A DNA stretch of 64,000 bases from Pseudomonadota bacterium. GTDB lineage: Bacteria; Babelota; Babeliae; Babelales; CAIQNR01. The notes beneath the pieces were generated by a model, which saw nothing but the letters and a program-made list of their open reading frames with translations, made no database searches and was not told where the DNA came from. Of this stretch, positions 31,296-40,852 are shown one piece after another. The stretch's first letter is position 1. Each line of letters starts with the position of its first letter. Position numbers and translations under genes: made by a program. The stretch lies in assembly GCA_027487215.1 (NCBI GenBank), contig JAIYDZ010000006.1, positions 69,366-133,365 on the forward strand, given 5' to 3'.

Positions 31296-31429
31296 AAGTA
31301 AGAACTCTCTATTAAAAAACAACGTGGTAAAATGTATATTTCATGGAACCCAATAATAGAAAAAAAGCTTATTTTGCTGTACTCTACTGATCACACAATC
31401 TGATATAAAGACACTTTTCGGGGGATTTC

Positions 31430-34400
31430 ATGTACGCGCACATTAACAGAACTTTTTTGATTTTTCTTAGTTGTACTCTTTTTTCCGCTACTCAGTGCGC
31501 TCACTCAGAGCTTCCAGTAGTAGACCCTCACAATACAAAATTCATTGTCCCTGACACCGGAATTGTAACCTGTATGTTTGCCGGTCAGCTTACTACCATT
31601 GATATTGGAAAAATAAACAAGTTCGGACACAGCATTAAACAACAAGTTGATAGCTCCGGAGAAAGCCATAATTTTCTTATCAAAAGCAATCAGGAAAATG
31701 TTTTTGTAGGATACTTAACAAGCTTTGATAAAGATAAGGTACTGGAGTACAATAAACAGCATCTTGATACCCTCTCTTTTTTTACATGCAAAAAATTATC
31801 TGGTCAGGAAAAAGAACGGTACGAACTTGAATTCTGCACCAAGTCTATTTTTGAAAAAAGACCAGATTTAGAACAATTTGTTCAATCACACACAAAATCT
31901 TTGAACGTCTCGGTCCCTCCATTTGTACCGCAACAACATAATCCTCATGTGCCAAAACACCCAAGTCCGCCTCACTGGCCACACAGTCAAAGTTCAGTGG
32001 CACCACTTCAACCACAGCATCCTCATCAAGCACCCTATGGACAACACTATGGACATCAGTCATCTCCAATCAATCCTTACGGTCACTATGCTGCAATGGC
32101 AAACCCCTATGGACAAGTGATGCATCGTCCGATGTACCCACATCAGATGCCGTTCCCTTACAGTTATCAACAAATGCTTCCAAATATAGTACAGCAACCA
32201 GTTCAACCTGCCGTAGTACATCACGAACCCCAAGCTGTAAATCCTGATCTGATAGCATCAAAAGTAACGGCTCTTGAACAACAACTTGCCCAGCAAGCAA
32301 AGCAAATAGCAGAATTGTTAGCATTACAAAAAACTGCTACGAGCACAGAGGCAACATCACTCACTACAAATACAGAAGCAGACTCACTGATGAGTATGCT
32401 GGAAGCTTCAGAAAGAAAATTAGAACTTGATCAGATTTGTCTGCCAGATCCACTACACCTCAAAGAAGTGATAGGAAAAGATACAGAAAACGAAAAGCAA
32501 ATCCTTTGTGAAGGTAACCTTATATTAACCCTCGCTCCTGTTGAAGGAAAAGAGATTCCTGAAGAAAGCCAAACAGCTCAAAAAGATGATTCTTTAATAA
32601 AACAAAAAAAAGCTGCTCGTAAAGAAGCAAAAAAAATACGTGAGGCAGAAAGAAAAGCTGCAGCTGCTGAGCAACTAAAACGAGAAGAAGAGAGAAAAAA
32701 AATTGAAGCAGATGCGCTCAAACAAAAAGAGGATCAAAAAAGAGCTGCCCAACCAGAAAAATCTTTAAAATCAACAATGGTACATGTTGGCAATGTACTT
32801 GTTAAACCATTACATACAAAACCTGAAAAAACCTCAGAAAAAGCTCAGTCTTCAGCACGATCTCAATCGCAAAAACCATCTGTACAACAACCTTCAGCTG
32901 CATCATCAACTTCACAAAAAACAAGAAATAAAAAAAATGGCAAAGCACCGGTAGATAACGATGATGCTCTTTTGGCTGCTGCTATTGCTGCTAACCAAAG
33001 AGCACAGTCTTTAGTAATCTCTGAACCAACCGCTTTAAGTGAAGATTACATAAAGTCCACAAAAAACGCTCTCAGGCTCGTAGAAAAAAAATCACTTAAA
33101 GAAGCTGAAAAAATTTATAATACACTCCTTAAAGATTATAAAACCCCGAACAGCGCCGTTGGATTAGCTTATTGTTTAAGGATGCAAAATAGACCTGTTG
33201 ATGGACTTAATATCTTAACTAAATTCTTTTCTCCTGAGCACTTTATAGACAATGCAGAGCTAGAAATTTGTTTTGTAACAGAAGTTGGACAATGTGTTTT
33301 GCTTGTGCCAAAAAACAACCTAGAAGATCCGATGCTTACAGAACTTTTTAAAAAAATGAAAAAATTAGAAGATGACAGTGGGAAAATCCTTTTTGCTGAT
33401 ATTGTTTACGAATTTGTGACGCAAGAAAAGCATCCAGAGTTTAAAGAATTTTGTAAACAAACTGGCCCTCATGATGGTCCTTGTAGCCACTCGGAACTGC
33501 GTAGAATAAAAGATTCTTTAACTTTCACATCACTTGAAGTTGCGCAGGCCTGTAAAAATGGATGGGGAGGCCCCGTTGATCAAGAAACTGCACTTGAAAT
33601 ATATTGCAAAGCTTGCGAACAACAAGAAACGTCAGTAGAAGTGGTGCTAGCCGCTGCTGATCTTTTTTTAAAAAATGGACGCTGTAAAGATGGAGCAAAA
33701 CTTCTGACTAAAAGAATTGCACAGTGTGAAAAAAGCCTTACTCAAGACCCTCGCAGCACAGAAGAGTTTCAAAAACACTTAGAAAAAAGAAAACTTATTC
33801 ATTACCGCAACGTTCTATATATTGAAAACCCAGAAGATGATTTTACCGCTCTTCAAGATCTCGATCCAGAAATTATACATATAAGCAATAGGCTCCCTAC
33901 CAATCAAGATAAAATTAGTTTTGCTTCCTGCCTCTGGAGAAAGCTTAAAGCTTTACAACTTAAATACCCCTCATGGAGCACAGAGGGATATAAAACATTA
34001 GACCCTGATGAAATAGCACTCCAAGAAAGTTTTCTTTTATTATGGAACACATTTGAGACCCTCTCTCATACAATGGCAGACCTCCATACTGATGAGAATA
34101 GAATGATACATGATTCTCTTAGTTTCATTGCTTATAAACTAGAATCAGAAAAACCTTGTCTCCCTATCCCAGTAGAAACTCTGAGTGATTTTGAAAAAAC
34201 GTTTGATAGATCACTACAAAAATCACAAACATTGCTCCATTTTCTTTTTACCCGCAACAGTTTTAGAAAAATGAAGTTACACTGTGCAGATCGTTTAGCA
34301 CTGACCCAAGAACCTGTGGAAATACGATCACTGATAAGTTATTGTAAAAACCTTACAAAACACGAAGAATATCGTGAAATGATGACTACACAAATTAAAG

Positions 34401-35407
34401 CGTATGAAAAAATACCTACAGAACAACTTACAAATGAAGACATTTTTAATTGTGCTCAGGCCCATTTTAACTACGCTAGAACAGTTATCGCTCATCCTGA
34501 TGTGCAGAAAAAATATATTGATCGTGCATTAGAACTACTGAGTAGTCTTAAACGAACAGCCGATTGTCAATTTTATATAAGAAGTCAGATTCAGCAAGGA
34601 TATTATCTTCTTGATAAAGATTCTTTGTCAAAAAATGAGTGCGATGGTGAAGACTGTCAACATGTAAAACTATTTAACACTGTTAAAACGTTATGTGCCC
34701 AAGAACATCCTGCTATGGTAGAATGCCTCATTATTGCAATGAAAGAGATGTATCCTCCTAAACCCGGGTGTATCTTTAATTTTTCTGACGAAGATAGTAA
34801 ACAATTAGCAACTGTAGCAAGCCAGAGCTCAATGCAAGCAGCACTTTTTAATATACTAGTAGGCTCTCATAAAGCACGAACCTTAAGGCTTACAGAAACA
34901 CAACCGACTTTAGAATCTATCAAAAAAGAGTTGCAAGATCTTATTGATCAAAAAATTTCTGACTCCAGCGCTGAATTTTCTCATTTAGCTGGTCTTATTA
35001 GTGCATTTCTTTATTTTATCTTAGAATCAGAATTGTCAAAAGATGCTCAAATTGTAGAATTTCATGGCCGTTTACAGTTGTGGGCAGAATTTTATCATGA
35101 GTTTCCTGACTCTCTTTTTGAACATTTTATGAAAAAGGAGTTTTGTGCGTTAAACCTTCATACCGGACTGATTGAAAGAATAACAAACGATGTCAGGACT
35201 TCTGATCAAGACATTCATCTTTCTTGTAGTTATAAAACATTACAACACGTACTGAATCTTTTTGGTAGCGAAATTACTTTAGAAGCTCTCGATCAATTCA
35301 AAAAAGTACTTACAGAAAGAATAGCGACTTTAGGCAAATCAGAAAAATTAACTAAAAAACATCTTGAAAATATGATGAGTCTTATTGACCATCGGCTAAA
35401 AAAATAA
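31430..35407 (+). CDS. secreted modular giant protein, paralog family member 2
   Basis: 1325 aa. SD GGGGGA and signal MYAHINRTFLIFLSCTLFSATQCAHS. N-domain, H/P/Q/Y tract (31913-32245), coiled coil, K/E/A polyampholyte, DDALLAAAIAA motif, C-x5-H-x3-C-x-H knuckle (33452-33493), and a long helical TPR/Sel1-like region. Confidence 0.85.
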   Translation: MYAHINRTFLIFLSCTLFSATQCAHSELPVVDPHNTKFIVPDTGIVTCMFAGQLTTIDIGKINKFGHSIKQQVDSSGESHNFLIKSNQENVFVGYLTSFDKDKVLEYNKQHLDTLSFFTCKKLSGQEKERYELEFCTKSIFEKRPDLEQFVQSHTKSLNVSVPPFVPQQHNPHVPKHPSPPHWPHSQSSVAPLQPQHPHQAPYGQHYGHQSSPINPYGHYAAMANPYGQVMHRPMYPHQMPFPYSYQQMLPNIVQQPVQPAVVHHEPQAVNPDLIASKVTALEQQLAQQAKQIAELLALQKTATSTEATSLTTNTEADSLMSMLEASERKLELDQICLPDPLHLKEVIGKDTENEKQILCEGNLILTLAPVEGKEIPEESQTAQKDDSLIKQKKAARKEAKKIREAERKAAAAEQLKREEERKKIEADALKQKEDQKRAAQPEKSLKSTMVHVGNVLVKPLHTKPEKTSEKAQSSARSQSQKPSVQQPSAASSTSQKTRNKKNGKAPVDNDDALLAAAIAANQRAQSLVISEPTALSEDYIKSTKNALRLVEKKSLKEAEKIYNTLLKDYKTPNSAVGLAYCLRMQNRPVDGLNILTKFFSPEHFIDNAELEICFVTEVGQCVLLVPKNNLEDPMLTELFKKMKKLEDDSGKILFADIVYEFVTQEKHPEFKEFCKQTGPHDGPCSHSELRRIKDSLTFTSLEVAQACKNGWGGPVDQETALEIYCKACEQQETSVEVVLAAADLFLKNGRCKDGAKLLTKRIAQCEKSLTQDPRSTEEFQKHLEKRKLIHYRNVLYIENPEDDFTALQDLDPEIIHISNRLPTNQDKISFASCLWRKLKALQLKYPSWSTEGYKTLDPDEIALQESFLLLWNTFETLSHTMADLHTDENRMIHDSLSFIAYKLESEKPCLPIPVETLSDFEKTFDRSLQKSQTLLHFLFTRNSFRKMKLHCADRLALTQEPVEIRSLISYCKNLTKHEEYREMMTTQIKAYEKIPTEQLTNEDIFNCAQAHFNYARTVIAHPDVQKKYIDRALELLSSLKRTADCQFYIRSQIQQGYYLLDKDSLSKNECDGEDCQHVKLFNTVKTLCAQEHPAMVECLIIAMKEMYPPKPGCIFNFSDEDSKQLATVASQSSMQAALFNILVGSHKARTLRLTETQPTLESIKKELQDLIDQKISDSSAEFSHLAGLISAFLYFILESELSKDAQIVEFHGRLQLWAEFYHEFPDSLFEHFMKKEFCALNLHTGLIERITNDVRTSDQDIHLSCSYKTLQHVLNLFGSEITLEALDQFKKVLTERIATLGKSEKLTKKHLENMMSLIDHRLKK

Positions 35408-36004
35408 TTAATTTAAAAAAACAAATTTTAAAAAATCTTGATGAAGCTTTGTGCACTTTTTTTATATTAAGACATCTACGATATAAGGCTTAAAAAAGAC
35501 TATTTTGCTTTATTGGTCAATAAGCAGACAAGACGAGATTGAAACTATAAAAACTAAGTAATTAAAAAACAGCTTGAATTTGTAAAACCGTTTTTAATAT
35601 TTCATTACTAATGATTTTGCGTGATAATACAGTAGTTAAAAGTTTTTTATTTTGCTTTTCTGTAAAAAAGATACAAAAATTTATAAAAAATATCATTATA
35701 AAAATAGACCTTCTTGCATTATCTAATAACACCGCTAAACGTTCTTTAAAAAATTATAGAAACGCTGTATGATCTGTAAAAGAATTCAATAACTCAAAAC
35801 TATCTTTTTTATTATTTTCACTCCTCTTAAACCAGCTATATTAATCTCAAAAAAGTTCTCTATAATAATTGTGAAAAATAATTCTGAATTATAATAGAAA
35901 AATAGATTTTTTTACGTTACTCTTTCGAGCACTATAAGTAGAGAAATTCAAACAATTTTATATCTATTATTTTTAAAATTTAATGATTAAAGGTACTGTT
36001 TTTC

Positions 36005-39000
36005 ATGTCGACTTTTTCAAAATTATTTTTATTTTTCACCAGTACATTTAATTTTTTCATATACGCTGCTCAGCCTTTAATTCCTGAAGGAACAAAATTA
36101 ATAGCAGGAACAGACGGAAAAGTAGAATTATACATTAGTGAAAAAAAACTTATTTTTAGTATACATGACAAAAACCCTGTGTCTGGTGCTTTGTCTATCA
36201 AAGAAAAATTAGATAACCATCAACCCTGCATAAGCGTTGCACTTATTGATGAATCCGGAAGCCCAACCTGTTTTGACTATACAGTTATTAATATACAAAG
36301 AATACTTCAAAACCCTCACAAACATACACTCAGTTTTTTTCAGTGGAAAAAAGTTGGCAACGTTTATGAAATGCACTGTAACACTCAACTCATTCTTAAA
36401 GAAAATCCCCCTTTAGCAAAAAAATTAGGAATTTCTTTTAATAGATTTAATCCAGAAACCGCTGCGTTTATTCCTCAGACAGATGCTTCATTCCAACAAT
36501 ATCCCCACCCGGCTCACATTATTCCTCATTTTACCGAAGCTTATTCCCATGTATACAATCAGCAACACCAGTTTTTTCCACATTATCCTCACTCTTTAAC
36601 TTATGGTCCAATGGCAACATCACAAATAACGATGCCCGGAAACCCTCACGTTATCCCTCACTATCTTTATTATCAGGAGGCTTTTGAATATCATCCTCCA
36701 CAGCCTCATCATTTCAATCAGACGATAGACCATCGCAGATCACATCCAGCAGATGTAACACAGGGCTATAGTCCACAACAAATTCCTGCAGCATTACCTT
36801 CTCAATCGGTTGCACAACCACTCTCACCAGAAATGCAGGACCTCATAAAAAAAATGAACGAACTTGCTGCTCAAAACCAACAGCTCCTAGAATTAGTAAA
36901 AGAGAAAACTGTCGCCGCGGTTGAGCAAAAAAAACAAGAAGCTGTTACAGAAAAAATTGATACTATGGTTATGAACAAGCTCGTTGCACAACTTAATGCA
37001 AGTGGCCAAGAACTCCTTGCACAACAACAAGTAAGCATACAAATGATAGAAGAAGCTCCTGAAATTCAACACAAAGAATCAGAAACATTAGAGAAAGATA
37101 CAACAGTAGCCTCTGAAGGACTACAAGAAATAGCTTCAGACTCATGCATGGGGTCACCACTATCACGAAAAACGTCTACAGCTTCTCTAGGATCGCCTAC
37201 TGGAATCAATTTGGCTGCAGCAAAGCCTACACCCCCAACAGAACACCGTAAATTACAAATAGTACAAGAAGAACCAACTCAGCCTAAAAAAGAATTAGAA
37301 TTACAACAAGCGGCACCTCTAACTGTTGCCCAAAAAACTATTGAAAAAACAGATAGTGAAAAAGAAGCTCGAAAATTAAAAAAACAACAAACAAGAGAAG
37401 CTGAACGTCTAAAAAGAAAAGAAGATGCCGCAGGCAAAGCAGCTGAAAAAAAAGAAGTAGAACGACTTGAAAAAGAAAAAGCAAAAAGAGCCAAAGAAGA
37501 ACAGGAAGCTCTCAAGAAAAAACATCAAAAAGATCAAAGAGACAGTCTCAGTAGTCGTCAAATGCAATCTCATATTCCAGCCCTAAAAGAACTGGTGAAA
37601 GATACCCCACCAACACACGTCCCTCATAGAAAAAAACAACAACCACAACCTGCCACAAATAAAAATAAAGACGATGATGATTTTGCAGTAATAGCAGCAT
37701 TTAAAGCTCAGTCAGAACAAGAATCTCTGACTCAACAACCTGTAACTCAGCCTCGAACTTTAAGAGAATTAAAAGCGTTAAGAGCCCTCACAACCAAAGG
37801 TCAAAAATTTTTAGCAGATGGTTTATATCAAAAAGCAATTGATATTTTTACTTCTGAAGATTTTGTAAGACTCAATAAAGGTAAAAGTTTACTTCTTGTA
37901 GAAGCATATCGACAAGCAGAAATGCTTCAAGAAGCGTTTGAGTGCCTCAAAGAAATAAAGAGAGAAAAATCACCCGCAGAAGAATACGATTATCAAACAG
38001 CTCTATGTTCAATTATGGCAGCACAAAAAAACCGATCGCTCGATAAAAGTGATCTTATCAAACATTTTGATGTCTTAAGCAAAAAGTTGCAGGAAAAACC
38101 TTGCCACATTGAAACAACGTGTGCCCTTACAACGCTCCTTACCTCACTCGATGAAGAAAAACTTGCAGAAAAAGAAAATGAAATAGCGCTTCTATTTGGT
38201 TTTTTGAACGTGCTACCAGAAGGTTTTAATATTGCTACTACTCATCTGCTTCGCACAAAACTAAGTGAAGTGCTAGTTCAATTGGGTAATCCTCGCACTA
38301 AAAAACTTATAGCAACACTCTACAATGTTGAATCCCCAGTAGAAGAACTTCTTAAGACCGATTTTTGCCCCTCACTTGCTCACGCCGCCACTGCTTTAGT
38401 ATCGGCACTTTTTAGCAAAAAAAAAGCTCTGACTAATGATGAATCAGTAGCACTTTGTCTTTATGGAGCAATTGCAGATAGTCCTTTCTATCTTGAAAGG
38501 TCAATTGAATGTCTAGTGTATCTTAAATCGATGGATCAACCTCATCCAGTACTTACAAGGCTCATACCCTTACTGAAAGAAATTGCCATTGCAAAATCAC
38601 AGAAAATATTAAAAGAAAAAGTACCAACAGATTATGCGGCTATTCTTAGCTTATTAAATTTGGTAACGTCACCAGAAGAACATCAACCGATTAAAGAAAA
38701 ATTGGCCAACTTAATTAACAAATGTTCTCTTATAAAAAATACACAATTAGACAGAGATAGTGCTTTCCTTCAAACATATGTAGAAAAAACAACAGAATTT
38801 ATTAAAAAAATAAAGGATCTAGGAAGTGAAAAAGATAAAGAGCATCAGCAGGAACTTTTACACGATTTATGTACCCCTAAGTGGCATCAAGAACTTTTTG
38901 ATTATGCTAAAGATCCTGGAAATTATTGCGGCTGCGACATACCAGAAAATCGAGTATATGGTTATGCCATTATTCTCTGTATAAAACAGCTCTATGACAC

Positions 39001-39133
39001 TGCTATAGGAGCAAGAGACACTAAAAAAATTGAAGAATTGAAATCTCTTATTGAAACTATAAAAAATACATTCCCTGCAAGTGGAAATACTGAAATGTAT
39101 GCTTTTTTCAAAGAGAGATTTCCTGAAAATTAA
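36005..39133 (+). CDS. secreted modular giant protein, paralog family member 3
   Basis: 1042 aa. Signal MSTFSKLFLFFTSTFNFFIYAAQP. N-domain block HKHTLSFFQWKKVGNVYEMHCNT, H/P/Q/Y tract (36449-36830), coiled coil, K/E/A polyampholyte, DDDDFAVIAAFKA motif and a helical C-terminal region. Confidence 0.85.
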   Translation: MSTFSKLFLFFTSTFNFFIYAAQPLIPEGTKLIAGTDGKVELYISEKKLIFSIHDKNPVSGALSIKEKLDNHQPCISVALIDESGSPTCFDYTVINIQRILQNPHKHTLSFFQWKKVGNVYEMHCNTQLILKENPPLAKKLGISFNRFNPETAAFIPQTDASFQQYPHPAHIIPHFTEAYSHVYNQQHQFFPHYPHSLTYGPMATSQITMPGNPHVIPHYLYYQEAFEYHPPQPHHFNQTIDHRRSHPADVTQGYSPQQIPAALPSQSVAQPLSPEMQDLIKKMNELAAQNQQLLELVKEKTVAAVEQKKQEAVTEKIDTMVMNKLVAQLNASGQELLAQQQVSIQMIEEAPEIQHKESETLEKDTTVASEGLQEIASDSCMGSPLSRKTSTASLGSPTGINLAAAKPTPPTEHRKLQIVQEEPTQPKKELELQQAAPLTVAQKTIEKTDSEKEARKLKKQQTREAERLKRKEDAAGKAAEKKEVERLEKEKAKRAKEEQEALKKKHQKDQRDSLSSRQMQSHIPALKELVKDTPPTHVPHRKKQQPQPATNKNKDDDDFAVIAAFKAQSEQESLTQQPVTQPRTLRELKALRALTTKGQKFLADGLYQKAIDIFTSEDFVRLNKGKSLLLVEAYRQAEMLQEAFECLKEIKREKSPAEEYDYQTALCSIMAAQKNRSLDKSDLIKHFDVLSKKLQEKPCHIETTCALTTLLTSLDEEKLAEKENEIALLFGFLNVLPEGFNIATTHLLRTKLSEVLVQLGNPRTKKLIATLYNVESPVEELLKTDFCPSLAHAATALVSALFSKKKALTNDESVALCLYGAIADSPFYLERSIECLVYLKSMDQPHPVLTRLIPLLKEIAIAKSQKILKEKVPTDYAAILSLLNLVTSPEEHQPIKEKLANLINKCSLIKNTQLDRDSAFLQTYVEKTTEFIKKIKDLGSEKDKEHQQELLHDLCTPKWHQELFDYAKDPGNYCGCDIPENRVYGYAIILCIKQLYDTAIGARDTKKIEELKSLIETIKNTFPASGNTEMYAFFKERFPEN

Positions 39134-39343
39134 AAAAGTTATTAAAAAAACCAAAACATCTTCTGTATAACAGTTTGTGAATTTTATAATCAAAAAACAG
39201 AAAAAGAAGATTAATTCAGGATTTTTATAAGGTTTAAGTTATCTATTAAAGTAGAAAAAATACTAAATTTCTTATACTCTATCTTGCTCAGTCAGAAATA
39301 AATTAAATCAAATGTACGTTGAGCAATTAAGGACTTAACTTTC

Positions 39344-40852
39344 ATGAAAAAAATGTTTGTACTTTTGTATCTTGCACTCAGTTTAGCCACTCTCAGTCAT
39401 GCGGCACAGCAATATTTTTTGCCCATTAAAGATGGGACAGAATTTCAAGAAGAAAACGGCAACATTTCTCTGTTACATCAAAACAAAAAAACCGTTATCA
39501 ATCCACTTAAACCTAGTAAAAAAGAGAGTTCTCTCTTTACTAAACTGTTTACTCACAAAGTAACTAATAAAACAATTGGGACAGTAAACGGTTTAGAGTT
39601 AAGTCCTTGCGGCACTTTTGTTGTCCTTAATGAGGCAGGAATGTCGGTATTTAATGACCTTACTACCTATAGAGCTGATGAGAGACCAGTTGATATATAC
39701 TTTTGGGGTATAAAAGATAGAAAAATTACTGCAATCTGCGCTACACAATGGGCATACCAATGGCTAAAAGAAGGAAATCAACTCGATAAACTCCCAGAAG
39801 AACTACAAAAAAACTCCGATCTTGCAAAAAGTTTAACTGAGTGGCTTTTGTTTGAGCAAGAGCCACGTAACTCTGCCTCCTCTGACTATGGATTCCCTGC
39901 TACCAATTACCTTCTATTTACTTATCAATGGCAACATCAGATGTATTACCCCTTTGTGCCGCAACAAGTCCCATATTTTTATCCCTCATACCCTTATGGC
40001 ATGGAACCTTTCTATAATGATATGAGCCATTATCCTCAGCAAGGTCCACAATTTGCTAGACAAGTCACCCCTTATTACCCTTCAGCAGAAGTATTTGATC
40101 AACAACAATCGCAATCTTTGCCTTCACAAAAAATGGACGTTGTACAAACAACTCAAGAAAAACTCGATAGTTTGGCAGATGAAAATCCCACTCTAAGCTT
40201 TGGTGATTCAGGAACTGGCAGTTTAAATGCTTCAATTGCCCCAGAATATCCAGAAGAATCTTCAAAAGAAACTGACCCTAGTACGGTCATGCATAACTTA
40301 ATTGAAATGCTTAAAGCTTCTGCTGTACCAGTGCAAAAACCAGTTGATTCTGTTCTACAAGAAAAGTCTGTAGTTGAACAACCCCAAAAATCAGGTCAGT
40401 CAAAAAGATCATCCCACAAAGATTATGAATACTCTTCAGAACTGTCAGCGCCCTCTACTACCGTTTCTGACTCATCTTCTCAATCAAATGTAGTGCCTGC
40501 ACAACACAAAGACACAGCAGATTCAATCAAAAAACAACCTCAGAAAGCTAAACACACTGTAGTAGACACACCAAAAAAATCACCATCTACGCACTCACAA
40601 ACGGCAACAGCTCAAACACCTGAAGGTATAACTCTTGCACAACGTGTAAGAAAAGGAGAAAAAGAGCATCAAGCAGCCGCAAAAGCAGAACAAGAAAGAA
40701 CAGAACATATAGAAAAAAACGTCTTCAACCAGAACAGAACAAAAAAGAAAAAGAACAAAAAAGATTATCTGAAGAAGCTGCTGCAAGAGAAGGTCAAAAA
40801 CTTCAATCAAAAATTGAAGAAAAACAAGCACAGAACAAACTTGAAAATTTAA
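39344..40852 (+). CDS. paralog family member 4, N-terminal ORF (signal peptide to K/E module); terminates out of frame
   Basis: 502 aa. SD AAGGA and signal MKKMFVLLYLALSLATLSHAAQQ. N-domain, then Y/P/Q/F tract (39916-40135). The last ~45 aa (NVFNQNRTKKKKNKK...) look like out-of-frame translation. Confidence 0.75.
   Translation: MKKMFVLLYLALSLATLSHAAQQYFLPIKDGTEFQEENGNISLLHQNKKTVINPLKPSKKESSLFTKLFTHKVTNKTIGTVNGLELSPCGTFVVLNEAGMSVFNDLTTYRADERPVDIYFWGIKDRKITAICATQWAYQWLKEGNQLDKLPEELQKNSDLAKSLTEWLLFEQEPRNSASSDYGFPATNYLLFTYQWQHQMYYPFVPQQVPYFYPSYPYGMEPFYNDMSHYPQQGPQFARQVTPYYPSAEVFDQQQSQSLPSQKMDVVQTTQEKLDSLADENPTLSFGDSGTGSLNASIAPEYPEESSKETDPSTVMHNLIEMLKASAVPVQKPVDSVLQEKSVVEQPQKSGQSKRSSHKDYEYSSELSAPSTTVSDSSSQSNVVPAQHKDTADSIKKQPQKAKHTVVDTPKKSPSTHSQTATAQTPEGITLAQRVRKGEKEHQAAAKAEQERTEHIEKNVFNQNRTKKKKNKKDYLKKLLQEKVKNFNQKLKKNKHRTNLKI

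Noticed and set aside
31913-32245. Homology of the His/Pro/Gln-rich tract to eukaryotic P/H/Q-rich matrix proteins such as amelogenin
   Set aside because: The resemblance is compositional only and has no alignable motifs. It is not evidence of homology or transfer.
38867-39193. 108-aa minus-strand ORF at the 3' end of family member 3
   Set aside because: It is antisense to a long, well-supported ORF and has an Ile/Phe/Lys-rich AT-driven composition. It is treated as spurious.
31380-39280. Shared TACTCT hexamer upstream of members 2, 3 and 4 (31380-31385, 35918-35923, 39275-39280) as a common regulatory motif
   Set aside because: The distance to the start codon varies (50, 87 and 69 nt), the flanks do not align, and the hexamer is short for AT-rich DNA. 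I cannot distinguish it from chance without statistics.
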